A stretch of 64,000 nucleotides of DNA from Methanobacteriota archaeon. GTDB taxonomy: Archaea > JAADCQ01 > Methanopyri > Methanopyrales > Methanopyraceae. The stretch is taken from contig JAMOPO010000015.1 in the NCBI GenBank assembly GCA_027064425.1, positions 96,001 through 160,000 on the forward strand. Reading direction: 5' to 3'. The notes below the pieces were generated by a model. That model searched no databases and was not told where the DNA came from. It saw only the letters and a program-made list of their open reading frames with translations. The position numbers were made by a program, and so were the translations under genes. Positions 20,650 through 29,623 of this stretch are shown piece by piece. Each line of letters opens with the position of its first letter. Positions within the stretch are counted from its first letter, which is position 1.

Positions 20650-21120
20650 CCTTAACCTCGAGTCGCCCCATCGGGTTCCCCCACGCGCTTCTCGGCGCGC
20701 TCAGTCGTTCCTTGAGGCACTCCGCCCGGTCGTCGTCGGGCTCCTCCGGCCCGTCCCGAAGGCGCTGCATCTCCTCTTAAGCTCGGCGAGCTCGCGCCAG
20801 GCGCCTGAGTCGGGGAGGGCGAGGGTCTCGGCACGCTTCGCAACCTCAGCTGAGTCCTCCTCCAGCGCGCGTCATGCGACTCCGACGGAGTTGGCGGTGA
20901 GGTCAAGGAAGGTGAGGGACCGGTTCACGAGGCCCGGTTCTCGCCGAGTTGGTAATGGTGGTCGAGGCGGGGTGGGCGGCCTTATTCGACCGTGATCCGC
21001 CGGGCCTTGACCGCCTGCTAGTGCTCGTGTACGACCCCGCCACGCGCCGAGGATCCTCACCGAGCGCGAGGCGAGGCATCCCTGATCGCTGGCTCCCCAC
21101 CCCCGAAATAATGCCCTGAA
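20650..21120. pseudogene. Degraded gene remnants
   Basis: Protein-like fragments interrupted by stops/shifts on both strands (minus: ..SVGVA*RALEED..; plus: LLVLVYDPATRR). Confidence 0.3.
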
Positions 21121-21240
21121 GTGGGCGGTACTCGCGCCACGGAGCACCGTAACGGTTGCCGCCACCCTGAAGAAGTGCGGAGGAGTGAGGGCCTTACACC
21201 GGTGGATGGTGTGGCCCGGGCCTGGGCCGGGCTCACATCC

Positions 21241-21825
21241 CTACGCCCGAACTCCACCGCCCGAGCTAGGTTGAGCGTCCGACACTCGATGCCTCCCGTC
21301 CCGGGACCTGCGATACAGGAGCTTTTTGAGCACTCGCTCGGCGAACCAGGCCTCCCACGGACCGAGCACGACGCGCGCGAACTTGGGGACTTTCTTGAGC
21401 AGGTCACCAACGCGGGGCGTGTCCGCGGGGGCGAGGGACGGGAAGGCGGCCAGAAGACGCGCTATCATCCTGCGCGTATCCTTTACCCGCCGCGCCCTCA
21501 TAGCGATCAGCTTCAGGCTTGTTCGGAGGTGCCGCACGGCCAACCTCGCCAGCTCGAGCACTCGCTCCTCCGACTGCTCGGCCAACCACTCCACGAACTC
21601 GACACTCGGGTTCGACTTGCCCAGGTAGATCAGGCGCGGGTGCCGGTACCTCCGCGTCCGCTTGAAGTACGCCACGAAGTACGGCCCGTAGGTCTTCCCA
21701 CCGATCTTACGATAAGTCTCCTGCAGCTTGGGCTTAACCCGCCTCCGGTACGCCTCGCGCAGCACACGAAGGCATCGAATGCGTTCCACGGGGTCGGTCG
21801 GTAGGGGCACCCCGGTCCAGGTCAC
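21241..21825 (-). CDS. Basic putative DNA-binding protein with YGPY...YLGK motif (possibly DUF1678-like)
   Basis: KIGGKTYGPYFVAY..IYLGK; very Arg/Lys-rich in an otherwise acidic proteome. Confidence 0.6.
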   Translation of the reverse strand: MTWTGVPLPTDPVERIRCLRVLREAYRRRVKPKLQETYRKIGGKTYGPYFVAYFKRTRRYRHPRLIYLGKSNPSVEFVEWLAEQSEERVLELARLAVRHLRTSLKLIAMRARRVKDTRRMIARLLAAFPSLAPADTPRVGDLLKKVPKFARVVLGPWEAWFAERVLKKLLYRRSRDGRHRVSDAQPSSGGGVRA

Positions 21826-22005
21826 GGCCCGCCACCCCAGCCTCAGGCCGGCCGTCCTTTTGTAATCAGGCGGGAGGATAAAAGGGTTGCGAGTGGACGG
21901 CCCGGCCTCCGAGCTCGGCTTCGAGGGGCGCTCGCTCGTAATTACAAAACTCCGGTCGGGGGGAGGGAGGTCGGCCGCGTGGTGCTCGGTGGTGAGAACC
22001 AGGAG

Positions 22006-22416
22006 CTACTCGCGCTCGACGATGACCTCCTTGTGGACGATGGCGTGGCCGAGGGTGCGGCTGATGATGCACCGGTCGGCGCCGCGTTCGGCGACCTTCT
22101 TGGCCTTCTCGGGGTCGGTGTCGTCGCGCAGCTTCACGCGGATCTTGACGTGGATGTCGGTGATGGCGCCGCGGTCGAAGTCGCGCTCTCCGGTGGCCTC
22201 TCCCGTGACCTCTGCGTCGATGCCTTCCTCTCGGAGGGCGGCGTCGGCGTTCATCAGGACGCAGGCGAGCAGGCCTGACAGGAACATGTGCACCGGGGTG
22301 ACCTCGTCCTCCTTCGCGACCTTGCTGCTGGTGAGTTTCTTCCGCTCGCCCACGAACTCGACCGCGCAGTGGCCCTTGTCCAGGACCTCGGCGGTGACCT
22401 TGGGCTCCTCGGTCAT
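22006..22416 (-). CDS. OsmC/Ohr-family protein
   Basis: TPVHMFLSGLLAC...RCIISRTL two-Cys pattern. Confidence 0.85.
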   Translation of the reverse strand: MTEEPKVTAEVLDKGHCAVEFVGERKKLTSSKVAKEDEVTPVHMFLSGLLACVLMNADAALREEGIDAEVTGEATGERDFDRGAITDIHVKIRVKLRDDTDPEKAKKVAERGADRCIISRTLGHAIVHKEVIVERE

Positions 22417-22474
22417 GGCTCGGCCCTCTTCAGCAAGATTTGAAATGTTCAAATTTGTTTCGAGGGGGAGCGGG

Positions 22475-23356
22475 ATGGAGGGGCTGCGGGCGTTCCTGGA
22501 GCTGTTGGCGCTGGTCGGGCTGGGGTACGCGGCGCGTCGGGTGGGGGCGCTGGAGGAGGAGGCGCCGTCGCACCTGAACGCGTACGTGGTGTACCTGGCG
22601 ATGCCGGCGCTGGTGTTCGCGACGGTCGCGCGGCTGCCGCCGGGCAAGGTCGCCCGCTACGCGCTGCTGGTCCTGGTTTCGGTGGGCGTGGCGGCGGTCT
22701 GCTGTCTGGTGGGGTACTGGCTGGCTCGGTGGGTGGGTCTGGATCGTCGGGATGCGGTGGCGGTGGGGCTCGCGTCGGGGTTGGGGAACACGGGGTTCCT
22801 GGGGTACCCGATCTGCCTGTCCGTGCTGGGTCGGGGCGGGCTGGAGGCGGCTGTGTTCTACGACTTCGGGACGACCCTGTCGGTGATCGGGGCGTACCTG
22901 CTCCTGGCGCGGGGCGGGAACCCGGTGAGGATGAGCCTGCGGTTCCCGCCGGCGTACGCGGCGCTGGTGGGGATGGTGTGGTCGCTGCTGCGCCTGCCGC
23001 TGCCGGGGGTCGCGCGGCACGCGCTGGAGACGCTGGGGGCGTCCGCGGTGCCGGCGATCATGGTCTCGCTGGGCGCGTCGCTGCGGTGGGAGGTGGCGGT
23101 GGGTCGGGCGCTGCCGGTGGTGTGGGGGGTGAAGCTGGGGCTGTCGCCGGTGCTGGGGTGGCTGGTCGGGCCGTCGGGGCCGGAGGGCCGGGTGGTCGTG
23201 CTCGAGGCGGCGATGCCGCCGGCGCTGATGAACCTGGTGCTGGCGGAGCTGCTGGGGCTGCGGCCGCACGTGGTGGCGACGCTGGTCTTTACGAGCACGG
23301 TGCTCGCGCTGGGAACGGTACCGGTGACGGTGCTGGTGGTGGGTGGGTGGCGTTGA
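22475..23356 (+). CDS. AEC-family (auxin efflux carrier-like) transporter
   Basis: MPALVF, GNTGFLGYP, EAAMP; ~10 TM helices. Confidence 0.88.
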   Translation: MEGLRAFLELLALVGLGYAARRVGALEEEAPSHLNAYVVYLAMPALVFATVARLPPGKVARYALLVLVSVGVAAVCCLVGYWLARWVGLDRRDAVAVGLASGLGNTGFLGYPICLSVLGRGGLEAAVFYDFGTTLSVIGAYLLLARGGNPVRMSLRFPPAYAALVGMVWSLLRLPLPGVARHALETLGASAVPAIMVSLGASLRWEVAVGRALPVVWGVKLGLSPVLGWLVGPSGPEGRVVVLEAAMPPALMNLVLAELLGLRPHVVATLVFTSTVLALGTVPVTVLVVGGWR

Positions 23357-23871
23357 GGGTGCCGACGGTGTGCTACGGTCGGGTGGAGGGGTGTGAGGTG
23401 AGCCGGTGGGACTCGTACGAGGACTACCTGGCGGACGTGATGCGCCGGCTGAGCGAGGAGCGGCCGTCGCGGCTGGAGTTCGAGCTGGGGGAGTGTGAGC
23501 GGTCGTGGCGGCACGTGTTGACGGCGTTCGACGTGCTCCTGCGGGCGTACGAGCGGAAGCTGCCGCTGGAGGAGGTGCGGGTGGGGGGCGAGGACGTGAG
23601 CGGCCTGCTGCGTCCGCTGTACGAGCAGGTGTTCACCAACTACGACGTGGAGCGGGCGCGGGTTGGGGTGCCGGAGGGGCACCGGCACGTGAGGACGGAG
23701 CTGGTGATCCGGGACGGGCGGCGGCTGGTCTTCCAGGAGGCGACGGTCTCGAACATCCTGCGGGCGTTCGTGACAGTGAAGACGCGGCCGGACGTGCGGT
23801 GCGTGCGGCTGAGGCGGAGACGGTTCGACGTCCCGGAGTACGCCGAGTGGCAGCTGATCGAGGAGGACTAG
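23353..23871 (+). CDS. Hypothetical protein
   Basis: TTG overlaps the upstream stop; protein-like composition. Confidence 0.6.
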   Translation: MRVPTVCYGRVEGCEVSRWDSYEDYLADVMRRLSEERPSRLEFELGECERSWRHVLTAFDVLLRAYERKLPLEEVRVGGEDVSGLLRPLYEQVFTNYDVERARVGVPEGHRHVRTELVIRDGRRLVFQEATVSNILRAFVTVKTRPDVRCVRLRRRRFDVPEYAEWQLIEED

Positions 23872-24959
23872 CCGGACCAGCGGTCGGCGAAGTCCTCGGC
23901 GAGGGCCAGGATCGCGCCGATCGTGGGGCGGCCGAGGGCCTCGTCTAGGGCGTTGACGTCCACGACGTGCAGGTTCTCGAACCCCTCCAGCCCGTACTCG
24001 CGGTCCAGGCGCTCGGCGAGCGCGCCGCCCGGGTGGGCGCCGGCGGGCCGGGTGACGGTCTCGACGCGGGCGCCCAGCTCGCGGAGGAGCTCCCCGGCCA
24101 GGGCGCATCCCTCGGCGATGCGGGTGGCGTCCGCCGCGGTCACCGGCTTCCGTCGCTCGGCGACGCTGCCCGCGAGCTCGTCGCGGATTTTGACCATGAG
24201 GGCGTACCGGTCGGGGTGCCGCGAGGTGCGGTGCGGGGAAATCATGAACTCGTCCTCGTGAACGATCACGGGCATCTGGAGCCCGGGCCGGGCCTCCAGA
24301 TCGGCGATGACGTGGACGTAGAGGTCGGCGAACAGGGGCGCGTCGATCTCGACGCCGCTCCGGCGGAGGAGGTCCGGGGTCCCGGGGCACCCGGCGCTGA
24401 GCACGACTGCGTCGTCCTCGCTGACCTCGAGCCGGCGCTCCTCGAGGACGAGCTCGGTCACGCGCCCGGAGGAGGCCCGGAGTTCTAGGCAGTGGTCCTC
24501 GATCACCTCGACGCCGTCTGGGACCTCGCGCATCGGGTTCCACTTGGCTCCCTCGGGGCACTTCAGGCAGCGTCCGCAGCCCGTGCAGCGTTCGAAGTCG
24601 ATGGCCTTCGGCGTCCGCTCGACCTCGAGGCCCAGGTCCCTCGCCGCGCGCTCGAGCTCGAGGTCCAGATCGTTGAGGACGTCGTCCGGGGCCCGCTCGA
24701 CGGGCACCGACAGGTCGGCGAGTGCGCGCCGAAAGCGGCGCTCGAGCCGCTTTGGGCCCCAGAAGCCGAGGTTGCCCATCGAGTAGCGGGCGGATCCTCC
24801 GGGACCTAGCCCGTAATATACGAGGCACTCGCCGAAACGCTCACGCGCGAGCTTCGGCCCGCGCCCGGTGATCAGGGTGACCTCGTGACCCGACTCGGTG
24901 AGGCGCCTCGCGACCCAGCACCCCGCGGGCCCGGCCCCGACCACGTAAACCCGGGTCAA
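23868..24959 (-). CDS. GMC-type FAD oxidoreductase with Fe-S Cys cluster
   Basis: VVGAGPAG, CTGCGRCLKCP, SAG..GTP.LL.RSG, AHPGG, NLHVVD. Confidence 0.82.
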   Translation of the reverse strand: MTRVYVVGAGPAGCWVARRLTESGHEVTLITGRGPKLARERFGECLVYYGLGPGGSARYSMGNLGFWGPKRLERRFRRALADLSVPVERAPDDVLNDLDLELERAARDLGLEVERTPKAIDFERCTGCGRCLKCPEGAKWNPMREVPDGVEVIEDHCLELRASSGRVTELVLEERRLEVSEDDAVVLSAGCPGTPDLLRRSGVEIDAPLFADLYVHVIADLEARPGLQMPVIVHEDEFMISPHRTSRHPDRYALMVKIRDELAGSVAERRKPVTAADATRIAEGCALAGELLRELGARVETVTRPAGAHPGGALAERLDREYGLEGFENLHVVDVNALDEALGRPTIGAILALAEDFADRWSG

Positions 24960-24979
24960 GCTGGCGACACCCTGGAGCG

Positions 24980-27217
24980 GTGCTGGGGGCTCGCCGGGTG
25001 AAGAGGATCAACGTGGCGATCGCGGGTCACGTGGATCACGGCAAGTCGTCCCTGCTGAAGTGTATTACCGGTGAGTTCCCGGACTCGGAGGAGTTCGAGC
25101 TGGACCGCGGGATCACGGTCGTGATGAAGGTCATCCCGGCGGAGTGGAAGGGCGTGGAGATCCGGTTCATCGACACCCCGGGTCACTCGGACTTCCGGGA
25201 GGAGGTGGGCAAGGCGCTGCTGCTGGCGGACGGGCTGGTCCTGGTCGTGGCGGCGGACGAGGGGGTGCAGGCGCGGACGGAGGTGATCATCGAGGAGGCG
25301 AAGGAGCTGGGCCTCCCGGTCGTCCTGGCTGTTAACAAGATGGATAAGGAGGGGGCGGACTTCGATCGGGTGGTGAAGGAGGTCAGGGAGCGGGGGCTCG
25401 AGCCGGAGGCGGCGGTTCCCACCTCGGCGAAGACGGGGGAGGGGATCGAGGAGCTGCTGGACGCGATCGTCGAGCACATCGAGCCGTGCGGGTACGGGGA
25501 TCCGGACGACGAGACGGAGTTCCTGGTGGTGGACGTCCAGCGGATGAAGGGTGTGGGGACGGTCGCGCTGGGTGTGGTCCGGTCGGGCACGCTGGAGCCG
25601 GGCATGACGCTGAGGATGCGGGAGGAGGAGTACCGGGTGAAGGCCGTGTTCTCGCCCGAGCGGGAGCGGGTCGGGTCGGCGGGGCCGGGCGACATCGTCC
25701 TGGCGGCTCTGGACCGGGCGCCGGAGACGGGCTACCTGCTGACGGAGAGCGGCGGTTACCGGGTGGACAACCCGGAGGACGTCCGGCCGTGCGTCCGCTT
25801 CGTGATCGACGTCGACGATACCTCGCGCGCGGTGGAGGTGCTGCGGGACCTCTCCCGTCGGAACATGGGGCTGGAGTACGAGGTCCGGGACGACGGAACG
25901 CTGGTCGTCTCGTGCCTCGGTGACGTGCACTTCGATCGGGTGAGGTCGGAGCTGGAGGACGCGGGCGTGGAGGTGGAGGTCAGGTCCCGGGAGTTCGAGG
26001 GTGTCAAGACGGTCGGGAGGCGGGCCCGGGGCCGGTTTGGATCGGTGGAGGTGGAGGTCCTGCCGCGCGCGACGGAGGGCGTGCGGGTGTTCCGGCGGGG
26101 TAAGGACCGGGCGACGACGGACGAGATCACGACCGCGCACCTGGTCGCGGACGAGTTGGGGATCGACGGGCTGGTCGTGAACATCCTCAGCGAGGGTGAG
26201 GCCAAGCCGGAGGAGCTCGCGGAGGCGCTGGCGTCCGCCATCGAGGAGGCCGGGATCTTCGAGCTGTACCCGATGGAGAACGTGCTGATCGAGGTCGGGA
26301 ACGTCGGCAAGGCCGCCTCGCTGGTCTACAAGCACGAGGGTCACGTCATCGAGTCGGACGAGCGGAGCCTGAAGGCGGTCGTCCCGGCGCCCCGGCTCAA
26401 CGACCTCGTGGACGAGCTCATGCGCGAGACCTCCGGACGGGCCCGGGTCCGGCTGCTCTCGTCGTCCGGCGTCGAGGGCCCGATCCTGTCGATCGACCCG
26501 GGAGAGGTGAACTTCGGGCTCGCCTACATCCCGCGGCGCGGCCCGTGCGACGTGACCTCGGTCAAGCTCACCGGGCACTCGGAGGAGGACAAGGTCCGGG
26601 AGCTTCGGCGGACCCTTAGGATGTTCCTGGCGGACCGGGAGGAGCCCTCGCTGGTGTACGTGGGCAACGGGCCGGGTCACGAGATCGCGGTCGAGGCCGT
26701 GCGCGGGGTGCTGGAGGACGCCGAGGTGATCCTCGTGGACGAGCGGGAGACGACGAAGGAGGCGCTCTACCGGCTCTCCTCGGGCAAGCTGGAGAACGTG
26801 GAGTCCCGGGACCTCCGGGATCACGGCGTGGCCGCGCTCGCGATCGCCCGGCGCGGGCAGCTGGGCCGCCGGGTCAAGGAGCGCGTGGACCGGGATCGGA
26901 TCCGGCGCCGCGTCACCACGGCGTTCGGCGGTGGTTCCAGTCGGTTCGGGGACTACTCGCGGCTGCCGCTCAGCGACCCGGAGGAGCTCAAGGAGGGGAC
27001 GATGCTGCAGATCAAGGACCCGAGCCGCATCAGCACGGGCCTCTCCCGCGGCGACGTGGTCATCTTCCAGGGCTGGCGCGAGGACGGCGGCATGATCGCG
27101 TCCACCCTGACCGGAAACCGGGTGATCATCAAGCCCAAGGACGGTAAGTCGCTGAAGCATCCCAAGAGGTTCTTCGAGGTGTTCCGCCCCGTCAAGCCCA
27201 GGGACTCGTCCGGATGA
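24980..27217 (+). CDS. EF-G/TetM-like translational GTPase fused to a YqgF/Tex RNase H-like domain
   Basis: GHVDHGKS, RGIT, DTPGH, NKMD, SAKTG; EF-G domain III/V signatures; then IDPG, VGNG, VDERETT. Alternative start 24998. Confidence 0.85.
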   Translation: MLGARRVKRINVAIAGHVDHGKSSLLKCITGEFPDSEEFELDRGITVVMKVIPAEWKGVEIRFIDTPGHSDFREEVGKALLLADGLVLVVAADEGVQARTEVIIEEAKELGLPVVLAVNKMDKEGADFDRVVKEVRERGLEPEAAVPTSAKTGEGIEELLDAIVEHIEPCGYGDPDDETEFLVVDVQRMKGVGTVALGVVRSGTLEPGMTLRMREEEYRVKAVFSPERERVGSAGPGDIVLAALDRAPETGYLLTESGGYRVDNPEDVRPCVRFVIDVDDTSRAVEVLRDLSRRNMGLEYEVRDDGTLVVSCLGDVHFDRVRSELEDAGVEVEVRSREFEGVKTVGRRARGRFGSVEVEVLPRATEGVRVFRRGKDRATTDEITTAHLVADELGIDGLVVNILSEGEAKPEELAEALASAIEEAGIFELYPMENVLIEVGNVGKAASLVYKHEGHVIESDERSLKAVVPAPRLNDLVDELMRETSGRARVRLLSSSGVEGPILSIDPGEVNFGLAYIPRRGPCDVTSVKLTGHSEEDKVRELRRTLRMFLADREEPSLVYVGNGPGHEIAVEAVRGVLEDAEVILVDERETTKEALYRLSSGKLENVESRDLRDHGVAALAIARRGQLGRRVKERVDRDRIRRRVTTAFGGGSSRFGDYSRLPLSDPEELKEGTMLQIKDPSRISTGLSRGDVVIFQGWREDGGMIASTLTGNRVIIKPKDGKSLKHPKRFFEVFRPVKPRDSSG

Positions 27218-27681
27218 TCCTGGGCGAGGAGCTGCTCCGCCGGGTCTTCCCGGGCCTCGAGGAGGACCAGTACCAGCCCGCCGGAATCGACCTGAAGCTC
27301 CGGCGCGTGTTCCGACTGCGTGGCGAGGCGGGTCTGCTCCGCGGGGACGAGAAGCGGCTGCCGGAGTACCGAGAGGTCGAGCCTGAGGGCGGGGAGTACC
27401 GTCTGGACCCCGGCGAGCCTTACGTGCTCGAGCTGGCCCCGAAGCTCGAGATCCCGGAGGACACCGTCGCCCTGTTCTTCCCCCGCTCCACGCTCATCCG
27501 GTCCGGCGTCGCCGTGCACACCGCGGTCGGGGACCCCGGGTTCCGGGGACACATCCGGGTGCTCGCCGTGAACCACCACCGCGAACCGTACCGGCTGGCC
27601 CGGGGCGAGCGCGTGGTCCAGGCAGTCTTCATCAAGGCCAAGGGGGCCGGCACTTACTCCGGAGACTACGGCGAGGGGTGA
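27214..27681 (+). CDS. dUTPase/dCTP deaminase-family protein
   Basis: QPAGIDL, PRSTLIRSG, DPGFRG, ERVVQ, YSGDY. Confidence 0.88.
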   Translation: MILGEELLRRVFPGLEEDQYQPAGIDLKLRRVFRLRGEAGLLRGDEKRLPEYREVEPEGGEYRLDPGEPYVLELAPKLEIPEDTVALFFPRSTLIRSGVAVHTAVGDPGFRGHIRVLAVNHHREPYRLARGERVVQAVFIKAKGAGTYSGDYGEG

Positions 27682-27688
27682 GCGAGAA

Positions 27689-28243
27689 GTGCCCGTCGAG
27701 GTGGTCGTCGTCCGGCCCGGCTACCTGGAGCGGACCGCGAGCGGCGGCGTCCGGCGGGCCGACTCCGCCGTCGTGCTCCTGATCACGGACGAGATGAACC
27801 TGCTCGTCGACGTGGGCTGCGAGAAGCCGAGACAGCTGGTCCGGCGGCTGGAGCCGTACGGCGTCGACGCGGTGGTGTTCACCCACGGCCATCACGACCA
27901 CGTGGGCAACGCCGAGGAGATCCGGGAGGCCTTCGACCCGGACTTCTACGCCCACCCGGAGGAGGCGGGCTCCGTCCCGGTGGACGTGGACGACGTCGAC
28001 GAGCTCGATCCGCCCGAGGGCGTTGAGGTCGTGGAGACGCCGGGCCACACGCCGGGGCACGTATCGGTGGCCGTCGGCGACCACCTGATCGTGGCCGGCG
28101 ACGCGTGTCCGACGCCCGACAACGCGGTGGAGCGAACGCCGCCCGCCATCGCCTGGGACCGGGAGAGGGCGGAGAAGTCCCTGGAGGTGGTCCTGTCCTA
28201 CCCTACAGTCATCCCGGGGCACGGCGTCCACGTGCGCCCCTAG
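27689..28243 (+). CDS. MBL-fold metallo-hydrolase
   Basis: THGHHDHVGN, TPGHTPGH, AGDA, IPGHG. Confidence 0.9.
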   Translation: MPVEVVVVRPGYLERTASGGVRRADSAVVLLITDEMNLLVDVGCEKPRQLVRRLEPYGVDAVVFTHGHHDHVGNAEEIREAFDPDFYAHPEEAGSVPVDVDDVDELDPPEGVEVVETPGHTPGHVSVAVGDHLIVAGDACPTPDNAVERTPPAIAWDRERAEKSLEVVLSYPTVIPGHGVHVRP

Positions 28244-28551
28244 CCGAGTGGGCTCAGCGAGGGATGCACCCCGGGCCGGTGCCGCTCGCACCACTCGCCG
28301 ATCAGTAGTGCCCGCACGGAGTCCCGGGACAGCTCCACCGCCGGCTCCCCGTCCCCCAGTCTCTCGAGCCTCTCGGAGAGCACGTCGGCCAGGACCTCGA
28401 CGTCCTCCGGCGTCAGTCCCTTGACGTACACCGCGTAGCCCCGGCACCCGCACCTCCTGGCGAAGGCCTCCACCACGGGAACGACGATCCTCTTACCCAG
28501 CAGGCTGGACAGCTCCTCCTCCAGCCGCCGCGCGAACCGATCCGGCTCCAA
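28240..28551 (-). CDS. Small hypothetical protein (CGC and CxxH motifs)
   Basis: SD GGGGTGA before TTG; acidic, protein-like. Confidence 0.6.
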   Translation of the reverse strand: MEPDRFARRLEEELSSLLGKRIVVPVVEAFARRCGCRGYAVYVKGLTPEDVEVLADVLSERLERLGDGEPAVELSRDSVRALLIGEWCERHRPGVHPSLSPLG

Positions 28552-28612
28552 GCGAGATCACCCCCCGGGGGAGTCCAACTCGCGGGAGACCGCCGCCAGG
28601 CTCGGACTGTAC

Positions 28613-29623
28613 GTGAACTCCGCCGTAATCTCGGCCGCGGCGGCCCTGATCCTGCCCAACGTACCCGCGTACGTGTACGGGAGAGGCGGCAGCGAGCTCA
28701 CGGCGGGCATCGTGCTCTCCGTGTTCTCCGTGACCATGGCCGCGGTCTCCCTACCCGTCACCCGCGTCCTGGAGGGTCTCCCCGCCGGCCTCCCCATCAT
28801 GCTGGGATGCCTGGGTTACGGCCTGACGCTGACTCCGTTCATCCTCGCCCCCTCCATCGCGACCTTGGGAATCGCGCGCGCCCTCCAGGGCGTCTGCTCC
28901 GCGTTCTCCTTCACGGCGAACGTGGCGGCCGCCGTGCAGATGGGGCGGCGCGTCGTCTCGGTCAACAACTTCGTCTCCAACCTCGGGTTCATCGCGGGCT
29001 ACGCGGCCTCCTCCTACCTCCCGAACCCATTCGAGACCTGCCTGCTCCTGAGCGCGGTCTCCTCGGTGTTCGGACTCCCGCTCCTGTTCATCAGGATCCG
29101 GCCCCAGGAGGCCGTCACAAGGGAGCACGAGTACCCGCGCTCCTTCCCCGCCGCGCTCCTCCTGACCCTCGCCTCCACCCTGCCCAACTCCGCCGTCACC
29201 CTGATCGCCCCGAAGGTGGAGCCCAACTACGGGCCCATCATCGCCGCGATGACGGCCGCCGGCGGGCTGGCGCAGCTGCTGGGGCCCACGCTCGGGGAGG
29301 ACCTGTCCGCCGCGCTGGCGGCCCTCCTCGCGGGCCTGTCCGGTCTCATGGGCTACTCGGTCGCGAGCGTGCTCCTCGCCGGCGTGGCCACGGGGCTGAT
29401 GTACTACGCGGCCAACATATACAGCGGTGGCGGGCGCGGCGTCCGGGCGATCTCGCTGGCCATCGGGGTTGGGTACGCGGTCAATCAGCCCCTGATCGGA
29501 GCGATCATGATGTGCGGCTGGGACGGCTGGGGCCTCCCGACCGCGGTGTCCGGCGCCATGACCCTGGCCGCCCTGCTGGGGACCGCGTCAGGTTGGATGC
29601 GCAGGAGAGATTCGACCGGATAG
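28613..29623 (+). CDS. MFS-like transporter
   Basis: Multiple TM helices, ARALQG motif; start uncertain. Confidence 0.7.
   Translation: MNSAVISAAAALILPNVPAYVYGRGGSELTAGIVLSVFSVTMAAVSLPVTRVLEGLPAGLPIMLGCLGYGLTLTPFILAPSIATLGIARALQGVCSAFSFTANVAAAVQMGRRVVSVNNFVSNLGFIAGYAASSYLPNPFETCLLLSAVSSVFGLPLLFIRIRPQEAVTREHEYPRSFPAALLLTLASTLPNSAVTLIAPKVEPNYGPIIAAMTAAGGLAQLLGPTLGEDLSAALAALLAGLSGLMGYSVASVLLAGVATGLMYYAANIYSGGGRGVRAISLAIGVGYAVNQPLIGAIMMCGWDGWGLPTAVSGAMTLAALLGTASGWMRRRDSTG

Noticed and set aside
20872-20874. In-frame TGA as selenocysteine
   Set aside because: No redox motif or SECIS seen; surrounding sequence looks degraded
15742-21858. CGGCCGTCCT 10 bp direct repeat at both edges of the accessory region as att sites
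   Set aside because: Short, GC-rich, no integrase or tRNA; compatible with chance
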